64,000 bases of DNA from an uncultured candidatus Porisulfidus sp. (GTDB lineage: Bacteria; Pseudomonadota; Gammaproteobacteria; Poriferisulfidales; Oxydemutatoraceae), in contig OZ244052.1 of the NCBI GenBank assembly GCA_965215125.1, positions 1,152,001-1,216,000 on the forward strand, given 5' to 3'. How positions within the stretch are numbered: the first letter of the stretch is position 1; every line of letters begins with the position of its first letter. Made by a program: the position numbers and the translations under genes. Below, piece by piece: positions 9,949-19,293 of the stretch. The notes under the pieces are model-generated. The model did not search any database, was not told the DNA's origin, and saw nothing but the letters and a program-made list of their open reading frames with translations.

Positions 9949-10725
9949 ATGGCATTAACTAAACGGGTTATTCCATGCTTGGATGTGGCAGGTGGGCGAG
10001 TGGTCAAGGGTGTGCGGTTCGTAGATATCAAGGATGCCGGTGATCCAGCCGAAGTTGCCAGATGCTATAACGAAGAAGGTGCCGATGAAATTACCTTTTT
10101 AGATATAACCGCAAGTTCCGATAGACGAGAGATTATGATTGATTTGGTCACTCGGGTTGCCGCCGAGGTATTTATCCCGATGACCGTAGGCGGCGGCGTA
10201 CGCAGCGTTGACGATATCCGTAACCTACACCACGCCGGTGCCGACAAAATTGCCATAAACACTGCGGCGATAGAAAACCCCGAATTTGTTAAAGAAGCGG
10301 TGTCTAAAGTAGGATCGCAATGCGTCGTTGTTGCAATAGATGCTAAACGCAGCGGTGCCGAAGCGCGCTGGGAGGTCTATACGCACGGTGGGCGCAAAGC
10401 AAGCGGCATCGAAGCGGTTGAATGGGCGCAGCGAATGGCCGAGGCGGGTGCCGGAGAAATTTTGCTGACCAGCATGGATCGAGACGGCACCAAACTGGGT
10501 TTTGATTTGGAACTCACCCGCCGCATCGGTGAATGTGTCGGCATCCCGGTCATTGCTTCCGGTGGTGTCGGTAACCTCGAACATTTAGTAGAAGGCGTTC
10601 AGTCGGGTAAAGCCGATGCCGTATTGGCTGCGAGTATTTTTCATTTTAGAGAATACTCTATCGCGCAAGCAAAGCATTATATGCGCGAACACGGCATCAA
10701 AGTCCGCATCACGTCAAGTCTATAG
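9949..10725 (+). CDS. hisF: IGP synthase cyclase subunit
   Basis: [24 protein letters not shown]. Confidence 0.98.
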   Translation: MALTKRVIPCLDVAGGRVVKGVRFVDIKDAGDPAEVARCYNEEGADEITFLDITASSDRREIMIDLVTRVAAEVFIPMTVGGGVRSVDDIRNLHHAGADKIAINTAAIENPEFVKEAVSKVGSQCVVVAIDAKRSGAEARWEVYTHGGRKASGIEAVEWAQRMAEAGAGEILLTSMDRDGTKLGFDLELTRRIGECVGIPVIASGGVGNLEHLVEGVQSGKADAVLAASIFHFREYSIAQAKHYMREHGIKVRITSSL

Positions 10726-10737
10726 GGTGTTAACGAT

Positions 10738-11061
10738 ATGGATAGCAACGATATTTTGAAACGACTGGATCAGGTGCTACAAGCGCGCAAGGCAGCCTCG
10801 TCTGCCGATTCTTATGTTGCAAGTTTGTACGATAAAGGTGTCAAAGGCATTGCCGATAAAATTTTGGAAGAAGCGCAAGAATTGACCGAAGCCGGTATCG
10901 GCGACGACAATGCGCATATCGTACACGAGGCAACCGACCTATGGTTTCATTGTTTGGTGCTGTTGGCATACAAAAATATAGATTCAACCGCAGTATTGGA
11001 CGAGTTGGTGAAACGTTTCGGTATCTCCGGACATCGGGAGAAGAGAAATCGCGCTAAATAA
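10738..11061 (+). CDS. hisE: Phosphoribosyl-ATP pyrophosphatase
   Basis: SYVASL..KG, KILEEAQE, EATDLWFH. Confidence 0.95.
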   Translation: MDSNDILKRLDQVLQARKAASSADSYVASLYDKGVKGIADKILEEAQELTEAGIGDDNAHIVHEATDLWFHCLVLLAYKNIDSTAVLDELVKRFGISGHREKRNRAK

Positions 11062-11125
11062 ATTTGGATAAAGTTTGCTCGGCAATGTTAATATAGGGTT
11101 TTATAATTGAGATGAGGATATTATT

Positions 11126-11308
11126 ATGTCGTGGGGACCTTTACAGATATTATTGATACTGGTTATTGTAATTTTGTTGTTCGGCACTAAAAAGTTACGC
11201 ACCTTAGGTTCGGACTTGGGTAGTGCAATCAAAAGTTTTAAGAAATCCGTCAAGGAAGAAGAGTCGCCGACTTCGGATCAGCAACACCCCCCTAAAAAAG
11301 AAGACTAA
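11126..11308 (+). CDS. tatA: Twin-arginine translocase TatA
   Basis: [16 protein letters not shown]. Confidence 0.95.
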   Translation: MSWGPLQILLILVIVILLFGTKKLRTLGSDLGSAIKSFKKSVKEEESPTSDQQHPPKKED

Positions 11309-11317
11309 GCTGTAAAA

Positions 11318-11719
11318 ATGTCCGATTTCGGCTTTTGGGAATTGGCACTGATTATGCTAATCGCGCTACTGATCGTAGGGCCGGAACGTTTACCGAGATT
11401 GCTTTCTACCGTCGGTCATTGGATCGGACGCATGAAGAAATTGACCGCACAACTAAAAACCGAGTTTGCCGAAGAGTCGAGTGCCCGAGATGTGAAGAGA
11501 ATTCTAAGCGATGCTCAAGACACGATACAAAAAGCGAGTAGTGACGTTAAGCGTGAATTTGTCAACACCGACCCTTTGGTCGAGGCGATAGAAGATCAAA
11601 TTGGCAAAGGGCGTTTTGAGGCGGATCCGGAGATTGATAAAACCGATAGTAACGAGCACAGTTCTAAAACCGACAAACCCGACCCCTTAAATAAAAAACA
11701 ACGCGACCACAATGGATAA
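11318..11719 (+). CDS. tatB: Twin-arginine translocase TatB
   Basis: GFWEL...VGPERLP. Confidence 0.93.
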   Translation: MSDFGFWELALIMLIALLIVGPERLPRLLSTVGHWIGRMKKLTAQLKTEFAEESSARDVKRILSDAQDTIQKASSDVKREFVNTDPLVEAIEDQIGKGRFEADPEIDKTDSNEHSSKTDKPDPLNKKQRDHNG

Positions 11720-12455
11720 AGAGCGTCCTCTGTTATCGCATTTGGTGGAATTAAGGAGCAGACTGCTAAAGATGATTGCGTGCATAGGCATTATTTTTAT
11801 CGTGTTGTTCCCTTTTGCAAACCCGCTCTATAATTATCTGTCTGCACCGTTGGTGGCACAGCTGCCGCAAGATGGAACGATGATTGCAATCGATGTGGCA
11901 TCACCCTTCTTAGCCCCTTTCAAGCTGGTTTTGTTACTTGCCGTCACCCTATCCATACCGGTATTGGTTTATCAATTTTGGGCTTTTGTCTCGCCGGGCT
12001 TATACCGCAGAGAAAAACGTTTGGCACTACCGATATTACTATCGAGCACCCTGCTCTTTTATGTGGGTATGGTTTTTGCCTATTATGTCGTGTTTCCTTT
12101 AATGTTCGGTTTTTTTAGCAGTGTTGCCCCCGAAGGCATATCGGTAATGACCGATATTAACCGCTATTTGGATTTTGTGATAAAGATTTTTATCGCGTTC
12201 GGGATTGCTTTTGAGGTGCCTATCGTCACCCTAATGTTGGTCAAAACCGGTGTCACCACAACCGAAAACCTAATTCGCAAACGCCCCTATGTTATCGTTG
12301 CCGCTTTCGTAGCCGGCATGGTACTCACACCACCCGATGTAATCTCGCAAGTATTGTTGGCAATACCGGTATGGTTGCTGTTTGAGGTCGGTATCTTCGT
12401 ATCGAAATTCGCCTTGAAAGAAAATGTGCAGGGTCCCGTTCCGATCAAAGAGTAA
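11712..12455 (+). CDS. tatC: Twin-arginine translocase TatC
   Basis: HLVELRSRL, PGLY..E, TPPDVISQ. Confidence 0.97.
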   Translation: MDKERPLLSHLVELRSRLLKMIACIGIIFIVLFPFANPLYNYLSAPLVAQLPQDGTMIAIDVASPFLAPFKLVLLLAVTLSIPVLVYQFWAFVSPGLYRREKRLALPILLSSTLLFYVGMVFAYYVVFPLMFGFFSSVAPEGISVMTDINRYLDFVIKIFIAFGIAFEVPIVTLMLVKTGVTTTENLIRKRPYVIVAAFVAGMVLTPPDVISQVLLAIPVWLLFEVGIFVSKFALKENVQGPVPIKE

Positions 12456-12471
12456 CTCACAAGAAGATAGT

Positions 12472-13998
12472 ATGGAACCTAAAATAAAAAAAACCCTACT
12501 TGTGATTTTGGACGGTTACGGCATTAGCGGCAATACCGAAAACAACGCCGTATGGGTTGCCGAGACACCGCACTTGGATCGATTATTCGCCGACTATCCA
12601 CACACGCTATTGGAAGCGTCGGGTCCGGCAGTCGGGCTTCCCCACGGTCAGATAGGCAATTCCGAAGTAGGACACACGACGATGGGCTGCGGTTGTGTGA
12701 TACCTCAAGACTTAGTGCGCATAGATAACGCAATTAAAAAGCGTAGTCTGTTCAACAATAAGGTTTTGTTGGATGCGATGCATCATGCCCGAGAGAATAA
12801 CCGCCCCATACATTTGCTGGGACTGGTCTCGGACGGCGGAGTGCATTCGCATCTACGCCATTTGTCGGCACTCATAGAGCTTGCCCGAAAGGAAGGCTGT
12901 GTGCCGATTGTACATGCGATTTTGGATGGGCGCGATACCGCACCACGGTGTGCCCGCAAGTTTATGCTCGAACTAAAAGCACCGCTTGAGCAAGCCGGCG
13001 GCACTGTGGCAACCGTTATGGGTCGTTATTATGCAATGGATAGAGATAATCGTTGGAATAGAACTGCCGTGGCATGGCGAGCAATCGCCAAGGCAGAAGG
13101 TACACATGCAAAAGATATAGACGATGCTATTTCTAAAGCCTATTCCGACGAAATCAGCGACGAGTTTGTAAAACCGACTTGCTTAGATCAACATACACCG
13201 CTCGATGAAAAGGATCAGCTGATACTGTTTAATTTTAGAAACGACCGCCCGCGGCAGTTAGTTAGATCTCTGGTTTGTCATCGCTTTGATGATTTTGATC
13301 GGGGCAACTATAAGCCTGTAGCCATGACGACAATGACGGAAATTGACCGCAAACTTCCGTGCGCCGTTGCATTTTCACCGATACGACCTAAGGTGACCTT
13401 GGCTAAGGTGCTCAGCGATATGAATTTAAAGCAATTTCACTGTGCCGAGACGGAAAAGTATCCGCATGTTACTTTTTTCTTTAACGGTGGCGTAGAGGAT
13501 CCCCTACCCGGGGAAACACACCGCCTGATACCGTCGCCTAAAGTCAGAACGTACGACCTGATGCCGGAAATGAGTGCTAAAGCAGTCGCAGACGAAGTCA
13601 TCTCGGCACTGACCCGACCCGAATACGCATTCGTCGTTGTCAACTTTGCCAATATGGATATGGTAGGACATACCGCGGTGCCCGACCCGATTATAAAAGC
13701 GGTTGAAACCGTAGACCGACAACTCGGTCTAGTCGTAGATGCTGCGCTAAAACATGGTTGGCAGATATTGATTACCGCAGATCATGGAAACTGCGACGAG
13801 ATGTTGGATCCGAAGACCGGCCAGCCGAACACCATGCACACGACCAATCCGGTGCCGTGTTTGATCGCCGGCATGAACGAAATACCGCAACTGGCAAAGG
13901 GGTATAGCATCAGTAGCGTTGCACCGACGATTTTAGATATGATGGATATTCGTATTCCTCCCGAAATGGATGCCCCTTCGGTTATCGTGTGTGATTGA
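12472..13998 (+). CDS. gpmI: 2,3-bisphosphoglycerate-independent phosphoglycerate mutase
   Basis: LVILDG, GNSEVGH, GRYYAMDRD, AETEKYPHVT, ADHGN; start moved to ATG 12472. Confidence 0.96.
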   Translation: MEPKIKKTLLVILDGYGISGNTENNAVWVAETPHLDRLFADYPHTLLEASGPAVGLPHGQIGNSEVGHTTMGCGCVIPQDLVRIDNAIKKRSLFNNKVLLDAMHHARENNRPIHLLGLVSDGGVHSHLRHLSALIELARKEGCVPIVHAILDGRDTAPRCARKFMLELKAPLEQAGGTVATVMGRYYAMDRDNRWNRTAVAWRAIAKAEGTHAKDIDDAISKAYSDEISDEFVKPTCLDQHTPLDEKDQLILFNFRNDRPRQLVRSLVCHRFDDFDRGNYKPVAMTTMTEIDRKLPCAVAFSPIRPKVTLAKVLSDMNLKQFHCAETEKYPHVTFFFNGGVEDPLPGETHRLIPSPKVRTYDLMPEMSAKAVADEVISALTRPEYAFVVVNFANMDMVGHTAVPDPIIKAVETVDRQLGLVVDAALKHGWQILITADHGNCDEMLDPKTGQPNTMHTTNPVPCLIAGMNEIPQLAKGYSISSVAPTILDMMDIRIPPEMDAPSVIVCD

Positions 13999-14005
13999 AC
14001 TCCGA

Positions 14006-14698
14006 TTATTCCTCGGCACTTTGGGCGTATGAGCGTAATATTTCTTGTACCCGACTAATCGGATAATCCTTGCGGATCGGAATAAAAGTGCCACCTTTTC
14101 TAATATTCGCTTTGTAGGCATCCAGCAATTGTGCCCTGACCCCGGCCGGGTATTCTTTGAAGTCATGCAAAAGTTTGCGCTTGATGGTGCCTTCGACTTC
14201 AATCTCCCGGGTGCCGAATACCAGGTATTTACGCTCGTATTCTTTGATGCGCAAACCCTTGAAATAAATCCTGTAAAGTACTTGGGGACACACTTTGACT
14301 CTTGCCTCCACATCGGGGTTGTTGCCGGCTGCGATGCAAAAAGGACTCTTAAAGTCCAACCAATCGCGAGTTATTCTGATATCTTCCCCGGCAATAGCGG
14401 TTTTCAACAACGAAATGTCGTCTTCCTCTTTTTGTAGCCGTCGTTCTATGCGTAGTCGCCCTTCTAATTCTTTGTTGTACGCTTCGTAGTCTCCTTCATC
14501 TTGTTCGGTGGGTTCACCGAATTGTCTAGGTTTAGCTGCCTCGCAAATAGCAACCACCTGTTCTCGGCTGAACCCCTTTTTGAGAAAATATTCTACATCG
14601 TTGCGGCTACATTCGGCTTGTGCAAGGGGCGCATAAAATAACAAGACACCCAAATTAAGTGTCACGGCAATAAGAAAATAAAGTTTGTTAATCATCAT
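14006..14698 (-). CDS. Hypothetical exported protein
   Basis: Signal-peptide-like N-terminus (AQA-EC) and two Cys pairs; no family recognised. Confidence 0.7.
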   Translation of the reverse strand: MMINKLYFLIAVTLNLGVLLFYAPLAQAECSRNDVEYFLKKGFSREQVVAICEAAKPRQFGEPTEQDEGDYEAYNKELEGRLRIERRLQKEEDDISLLKTAIAGEDIRITRDWLDFKSPFCIAAGNNPDVEARVKVCPQVLYRIYFKGLRIKEYERKYLVFGTREIEVEGTIKRKLLHDFKEYPAGVRAQLLDAYKANIRKGGTFIPIRKDYPISRVQEILRSYAQSAEE

Positions 14699-14764
14699 CG
14701 TTCAATCTTTTTAATAACAGAATTATACCCGATAGCAACGGTGGTTCTATTTCAATTTTGAGAA

Positions 14765-14854
14765 CGGAGAGGGTGGGATTCGAACCCACGTGCCGACTTA
14801 TGTCGACCATCTGATTTCGAGTCAGCGCCGTTATGACCGCTTCGGTACCTCTCC
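14765..14854 (-). tRNA. tRNA-Ser(CGA), CCA not encoded
   Basis: GGAGAGG...CTCTCCG acceptor stem, anticodon loop CT-CGA-AA, long variable arm, GGTTCGAATCC T-loop. Confidence 0.95.
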
Positions 14855-14905
14855 TATGTCGTATTGTGTAAATCGTACGATGATTTTACCTTAAAACAAA
14901 TCGGT

Positions 14906-15547
14906 CTAATAGACGACGGGTTGCGGATCTATACTGCGCCATAGATACCATGTTGCGACAGTACGCCAAGGTTTCCAGCGAATTGCGAGCTTATGCAAGT
15001 TTTTAGGTGTCAATTTTTTGCCGTGATTGTACTCCTTATAAATTGCATTAAGCAAACCTAAATCACCCAGTGGCAACACATCGGGGTATTTTAGATAAAA
15101 AATAGCGAACATTTGAAATGTCCAATGACCGACACCCTTGATAGCGAGCAAGGCATTTTGCAGTTCCTCAAATGTATGGTGATGCCAATACCGGCGGGTA
15201 ATTTTTTGTTGTATGAAAAAGTGTGCGATATTTTTCAGATATTGCGCTTTCTGTGCCGACAAGCCGCATCGCCGCAGGGTGTTGAAATGGCAACGATAGA
15301 TCGCAGTCGGTTGCGGTTGCGAGGTGCCGAAATGTGTTTCCAGCCGTTGCCAGATGCTGTCTGCCGCTTGCACCGAGATTTGCTGACCGACGATGGCGCG
15401 ACACAGCACCGTAAAAGCATCTTTGCCACCGCTTAAATAGCTTTGCTTAAATCGTCCGATCAAATTCGCCATTATCGGATCACCGGCGGATAATTCTTTG
15501 CAGGCTCGCTGCCAGTATTGAGGCTGCTGATTAGACGACATAGTCAA
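14906..15547 (-). CDS. DNA-3-methyladenine glycosylase II (AlkA-like, HhH-GPD)
   Basis: IVGQQIS, IKGVGHWT, LPLGDLG, WKPWRT. Confidence 0.9.
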   Translation of the reverse strand: MTMSSNQQPQYWQRACKELSAGDPIMANLIGRFKQSYLSGGKDAFTVLCRAIVGQQISVQAADSIWQRLETHFGTSQPQPTAIYRCHFNTLRRCGLSAQKAQYLKNIAHFFIQQKITRRYWHHHTFEELQNALLAIKGVGHWTFQMFAIFYLKYPDVLPLGDLGLLNAIYKEYNHGKKLTPKNLHKLAIRWKPWRTVATWYLWRSIDPQPVVY

Positions 15548-17372
15548 AACGATTTTTTGTCTCGGAATGCATCGCTACATCGGCTTTAGATTTTTGTTGT
15601 AATTGCCACAAAGAGGCATACAAACCGGCTTTATCGAGCAGTTCCGTATGGGTGCCTCGTTCAACTATGCGAGCTTTGCGCATAACCAAAATAGTATCGG
15701 CATCAACCACCGTCGATAAGCGATGTGCAATAACCAATGTGGTGATGCCGGCTGCAATTTTATCCAATAGTCGGAGTATCGTTTTTTCCGAATGTGAGTC
15801 TAAATTGGATGTTGCCTCATCAAAAACCAATATAGACGGTTTTTTTAATAACGCTCTTGCGATGGCAATCTTTTGCCGCTCGCCGCCGGACAATTTCAGA
15901 CCCCGCTCGCCGACAACCGTATCGTATCCTTTAGGGAGTGCCGAGATAAAGTCGTGCAGACCGACTTGCTCGGAGATTCTAACGACATCTGCTTGTTCCA
16001 CATTTTCAGGACAACCATAGAGTATATTGGCGTGTAGACTACGGTTGAACAATACGGTATCTTGCGGGACGATGCCGATGCGAGATCTTAAGCTGTGTTG
16101 TTTATATGCGCGTAAGTCTTTGCCGCCGATCAAAATACGACCGCTATTCACATCGTAAAAACGAAATAACAGGCGAACCAGCGTAGATTTTCCTGAGCCC
16201 GAAGGTCCTACGACAGCGACTTTATTGCCGGCAGGTACGACCAAAGATATATTTTTCACAACCACCCGTTGTGGTTGATACCCGAAACTTACATTTTCAA
16301 AGACAATGTCTTTAGCTTGTTTGGGCATCGCTATTGTCGAGATACCGTCTTTCACCTCCGGTTCGCGTGCCAGCAACTTGAGTATCATATCCATATCGAC
16401 GAGTGCATAACGCACGGCGCGGTAGACTATACCCAAAGTGTTCAACGGCATAAACAACTGCAACATCATGGTATTGATTAGTATTAGGTCTCCTAAACTC
16501 AAGCTACCGTTTATCACACCGTTGGCTGCAAACAGCATGACGAGGCTCACACCGAGCGCAATAATAAATCCCTGTCCAAAGTTCAACAAGGACATCGTTG
16601 TTTGGCTTTTCACGGCAACTTGTTCCCAATCTTCAAGCAGGTCGGCGTAACGCTTACATTCAAACGATTCTTTGTTGAAGTATTTGACGGTTTCGTAGTT
16701 AATCACGCTGTCGACCGCAAGACCGTTTGCTTGCGAGTCGAGTGCATTCATCTGATAGCGAAACTGCATACGCCAATTCGTGAATAGCACAGTAAACACG
16801 ATATAAATGCCTACCGTTGCAAAAACTACGCCGCCGAAGGATGGTGCGTAGGTGCTGAATAGATAAATTGCAACCAGTATAAATTCTACGATAACCGGCA
16901 AGATATGAAACACCATATAGTTCAGCACCAAAGAAATACTCTGAGTGCCTCGCTCCAGATCTCTAAATATCGCACCGGTTTCACGAGACAAATGGAAAGA
17001 GAGCGACAGTTCGTGAAGGTGGCGAAGCACTTGTGTCGAGAGTTGTTGCATTGCGCGGTAGCGAACCCGTGCAAAAATAATATCCCGCAACTCGTTAAAT
17101 AAACTGCTCAAAGCCCGCAATCCACCGTATCCGAGTAGAAGCGCAATCGGCACGACTAAAACTTGGGTGTCCGCAGCATTGAGCTTGTCGACGATTTCTT
17201 TCAGGACCAACGGTACGCCTATAATTGCGATTTTGGCGAAGATCAGGCTGGTCAACGCAATTACGACGCGGCCGCGATATTCCCAAATATACGGCGTGAT
17301 GCGTTTGAGATTAGACCAGTCACTTAAATTGTTCTGCGGTACCGAGATACGCCGCGCTACGAAACTAAACAT
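15531..17372 (-). CDS. ATM1-type ABC exporter (fused permease/ATPase)
   Basis: NYETVKYF, Walker A GPSGSGKS, LSGGERQ, DEATS. Confidence 0.93.
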   Translation of the reverse strand: MFSFVARRISVPQNNLSDWSNLKRITPYIWEYRGRVVIALTSLIFAKIAIIGVPLVLKEIVDKLNAADTQVLVVPIALLLGYGGLRALSSLFNELRDIIFARVRYRAMQQLSTQVLRHLHELSLSFHLSRETGAIFRDLERGTQSISLVLNYMVFHILPVIVEFILVAIYLFSTYAPSFGGVVFATVGIYIVFTVLFTNWRMQFRYQMNALDSQANGLAVDSVINYETVKYFNKESFECKRYADLLEDWEQVAVKSQTTMSLLNFGQGFIIALGVSLVMLFAANGVINGSLSLGDLILINTMMLQLFMPLNTLGIVYRAVRYALVDMDMILKLLAREPEVKDGISTIAMPKQAKDIVFENVSFGYQPQRVVVKNISLVVPAGNKVAVVGPSGSGKSTLVRLLFRFYDVNSGRILIGGKDLRAYKQHSLRSRIGIVPQDTVLFNRSLHANILYGCPENVEQADVVRISEQVGLHDFISALPKGYDTVVGERGLKLSGGERQKIAIARALLKKPSILVFDEATSNLDSHSEKTILRLLDKIAAGITTLVIAHRLSTVVDADTILVMRKARIVERGTHTELLDKAGLYASLWQLQQKSKADVAMHSETKNRFDYVV

Positions 17373-18357
17373 GATATTTATACAAAGTTAGACGTAGACT
17401 TCGGTACAATTTATACAGTAGAAGGCGTGGTTGCTCGGTTCGCAATCCTTTCTGCAGATAAAGTATAAATAAATCTATCACTGCTTTATTGTATAAAGAC
17501 CACGCCAAGGAACGGCGCAAACAATCTTCCGCTGTATCTAACGAACGGCAATTCTCTTCAAGCGTAATTTGCCCGGCGCGCCGCCATCTGTGTGCCAATA
17601 CTCGTCGATATTCTTTGCGCGAGATATGCTTCAGAGCAGTAGATATTAAAACGCTATTCTCAAAGCCCAAACACCATATTATGTGTTTGTTGTGATAACG
17701 GTCGGAGAGCCGCGATGCCAGCCTGTTAAAAATCACCGGACAGTCGGCGATGTAGAGCCATTTACCCAAGTCGGCAACACGCATAAACAATTCAACATCG
17801 TGTCCGGTCGGTATTGCTTCGTTGTAGCCGCCGAGTTTGTATATAAACTTGCCACGAAAAACAGTGCATGAGGCGATACCCGCACCCATAGTAAAAAACC
17901 ATAACCACGGATTTTTGGATATTTTTCGTTGCTTATATCGAGTGGTTTTGTCGCTGGATAAGTCTTTAACGATGCGATCGCTACTTACTGCGACCGCATT
18001 AGGCTTATCTTTTAGGGTGGCAACCGCTTTTTCCAGAAAATTAGGCGGCGGAATATCGTCCGAATCCAAAAAATAAACATAAGGATACTCGCCTTGGGTT
18101 TGTCGCAGCCCGGTATTTCTGGCCTCGGAAGCCCCCTTGTTTAGCGAATGAACAATCAACTGCGTACTAAAAGTTAAAGCAGAGTTATTCAGCCACTCAC
18201 CGACCACGTCCGGTGTGTTATCGGTTGAACCGTCGTCCACGACAATCAGATGTGCGGGTTGTAATGTTTGCTTACGAACGGCTTCCAATGTTGCCACAAT
18301 CGCATCGGGGCGATTCATAACAGGAATTATAACTAAAACCCCGGAACTATTTTCCAT
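17365..18357 (-). CDS. Glycosyltransferase family 2
   Basis: VIIPVMN, VDDGSTD, ARN.G, FLDSDD. Confidence 0.92.
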   Translation of the reverse strand: MENSSGVLVIIPVMNRPDAIVATLEAVRKQTLQPAHLIVVDDGSTDNTPDVVGEWLNNSALTFSTQLIVHSLNKGASEARNTGLRQTQGEYPYVYFLDSDDIPPPNFLEKAVATLKDKPNAVAVSSDRIVKDLSSDKTTRYKQRKISKNPWLWFFTMGAGIASCTVFRGKFIYKLGGYNEAIPTGHDVELFMRVADLGKWLYIADCPVIFNRLASRLSDRYHNKHIIWCLGFENSVLISTALKHISRKEYRRVLAHRWRRAGQITLEENCRSLDTAEDCLRRSLAWSLYNKAVIDLFILYLQKGLRTEQPRLLLYKLYRSLRLTLYKYHV

Positions 18358-19293
18358 CTATACACCGACCGTATCGGAAAGATGCGCTTTTCTCCTTAAA
18401 CGAGAAATTTTTATCAAATACTTAAACGCCGGATTGAATAATCGCCAACTCAGAGAACGCGTAAAACAATCATGTGCTTCCTCAATCCGCCGATGAGACA
18501 ATAATTCTCGGCCGGCTTCAAACCATGCCTTTGCTAGAACGGCACGATAGATTTTTCTCGCTATTCGGTCACGCGCTTTATAGGTATCTAATAAATTTTC
18601 ATAAATCAAAGCCCATCGTCTATAGTAATCGGGGAATTGCGACTGCATATCCACTTTTGTTTGAAAGAGAGATAGGGTTGCTACACAGTCCGGAATATAA
18701 CACCACGCGCCCTGATTAGAGACGCGGGCAAAGAAGTCGGTATCGCCACCTATCAAAAGCAAAGGGTTAAATTTCCCTGCTTTTTCAACGGCGTGACTGC
18801 GTAAGAGAATAGCACCGGCTATTTCTAATTTGTTGCGCATTAACCATAACCATGGATTTTCAATGAAATCGTCCGAATGTATTTCTGCATTTGGACTATT
18901 TACCGGTTTCACTCGTGCCGGTATTGCTGCCACACAGTCTTGTCGGGTTGTTAATCTTTGTGTAGCCTTTTCATAAAAATCTTCGGGTAGTTCAATATTC
19001 GAGTTTACAAAATGGATACACCGACAATCGCCTACGCGATTTAAGCCGACATTTCTCGCTGCAATAAAAGTAGTATCGGGTTCGTGTTCTATGCATATCA
19101 GCTGTAGAGCAGGTACCATTTTTTCAATACGGCTTTGCAGAGTGGCGATAGCATCTGTCTCGGATTTGTCGTGAACCACGATCAGTCGTTCGGGTTTTAC
19201 AGTTTGTGCAATAATAGAGTCTATCGCACCATACGGAATACTTGCCTTATTGTCCGGTGTACATATAACCGCAACAGAAAGTTTATCGTTCAT
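18358..19293 (-). CDS. GT2-like protein with degenerate catalytic motifs
   Basis: Collinear with neighbouring GT2s (ARNVGL, NPWLW), but VHDKS replaces VDDGS and FVNSNI replaces FLDSDD. Confidence 0.75.
   Translation of the reverse strand: MNDKLSVAVICTPDNKASIPYGAIDSIIAQTVKPERLIVVHDKSETDAIATLQSRIEKMVPALQLICIEHEPDTTFIAARNVGLNRVGDCRCIHFVNSNIELPEDFYEKATQRLTTRQDCVAAIPARVKPVNSPNAEIHSDDFIENPWLWLMRNKLEIAGAILLRSHAVEKAGKFNPLLLIGGDTDFFARVSNQGAWCYIPDCVATLSLFQTKVDMQSQFPDYYRRWALIYENLLDTYKARDRIARKIYRAVLAKAWFEAGRELLSHRRIEEAHDCFTRSLSWRLFNPAFKYLIKISRLRRKAHLSDTVGV

Noticed and set aside
14765-17372. tRNA-Ser as an island integration site
   Set aside because: No integrase and no duplicated tRNA 3' end were seen; the flanking genes look like backbone.
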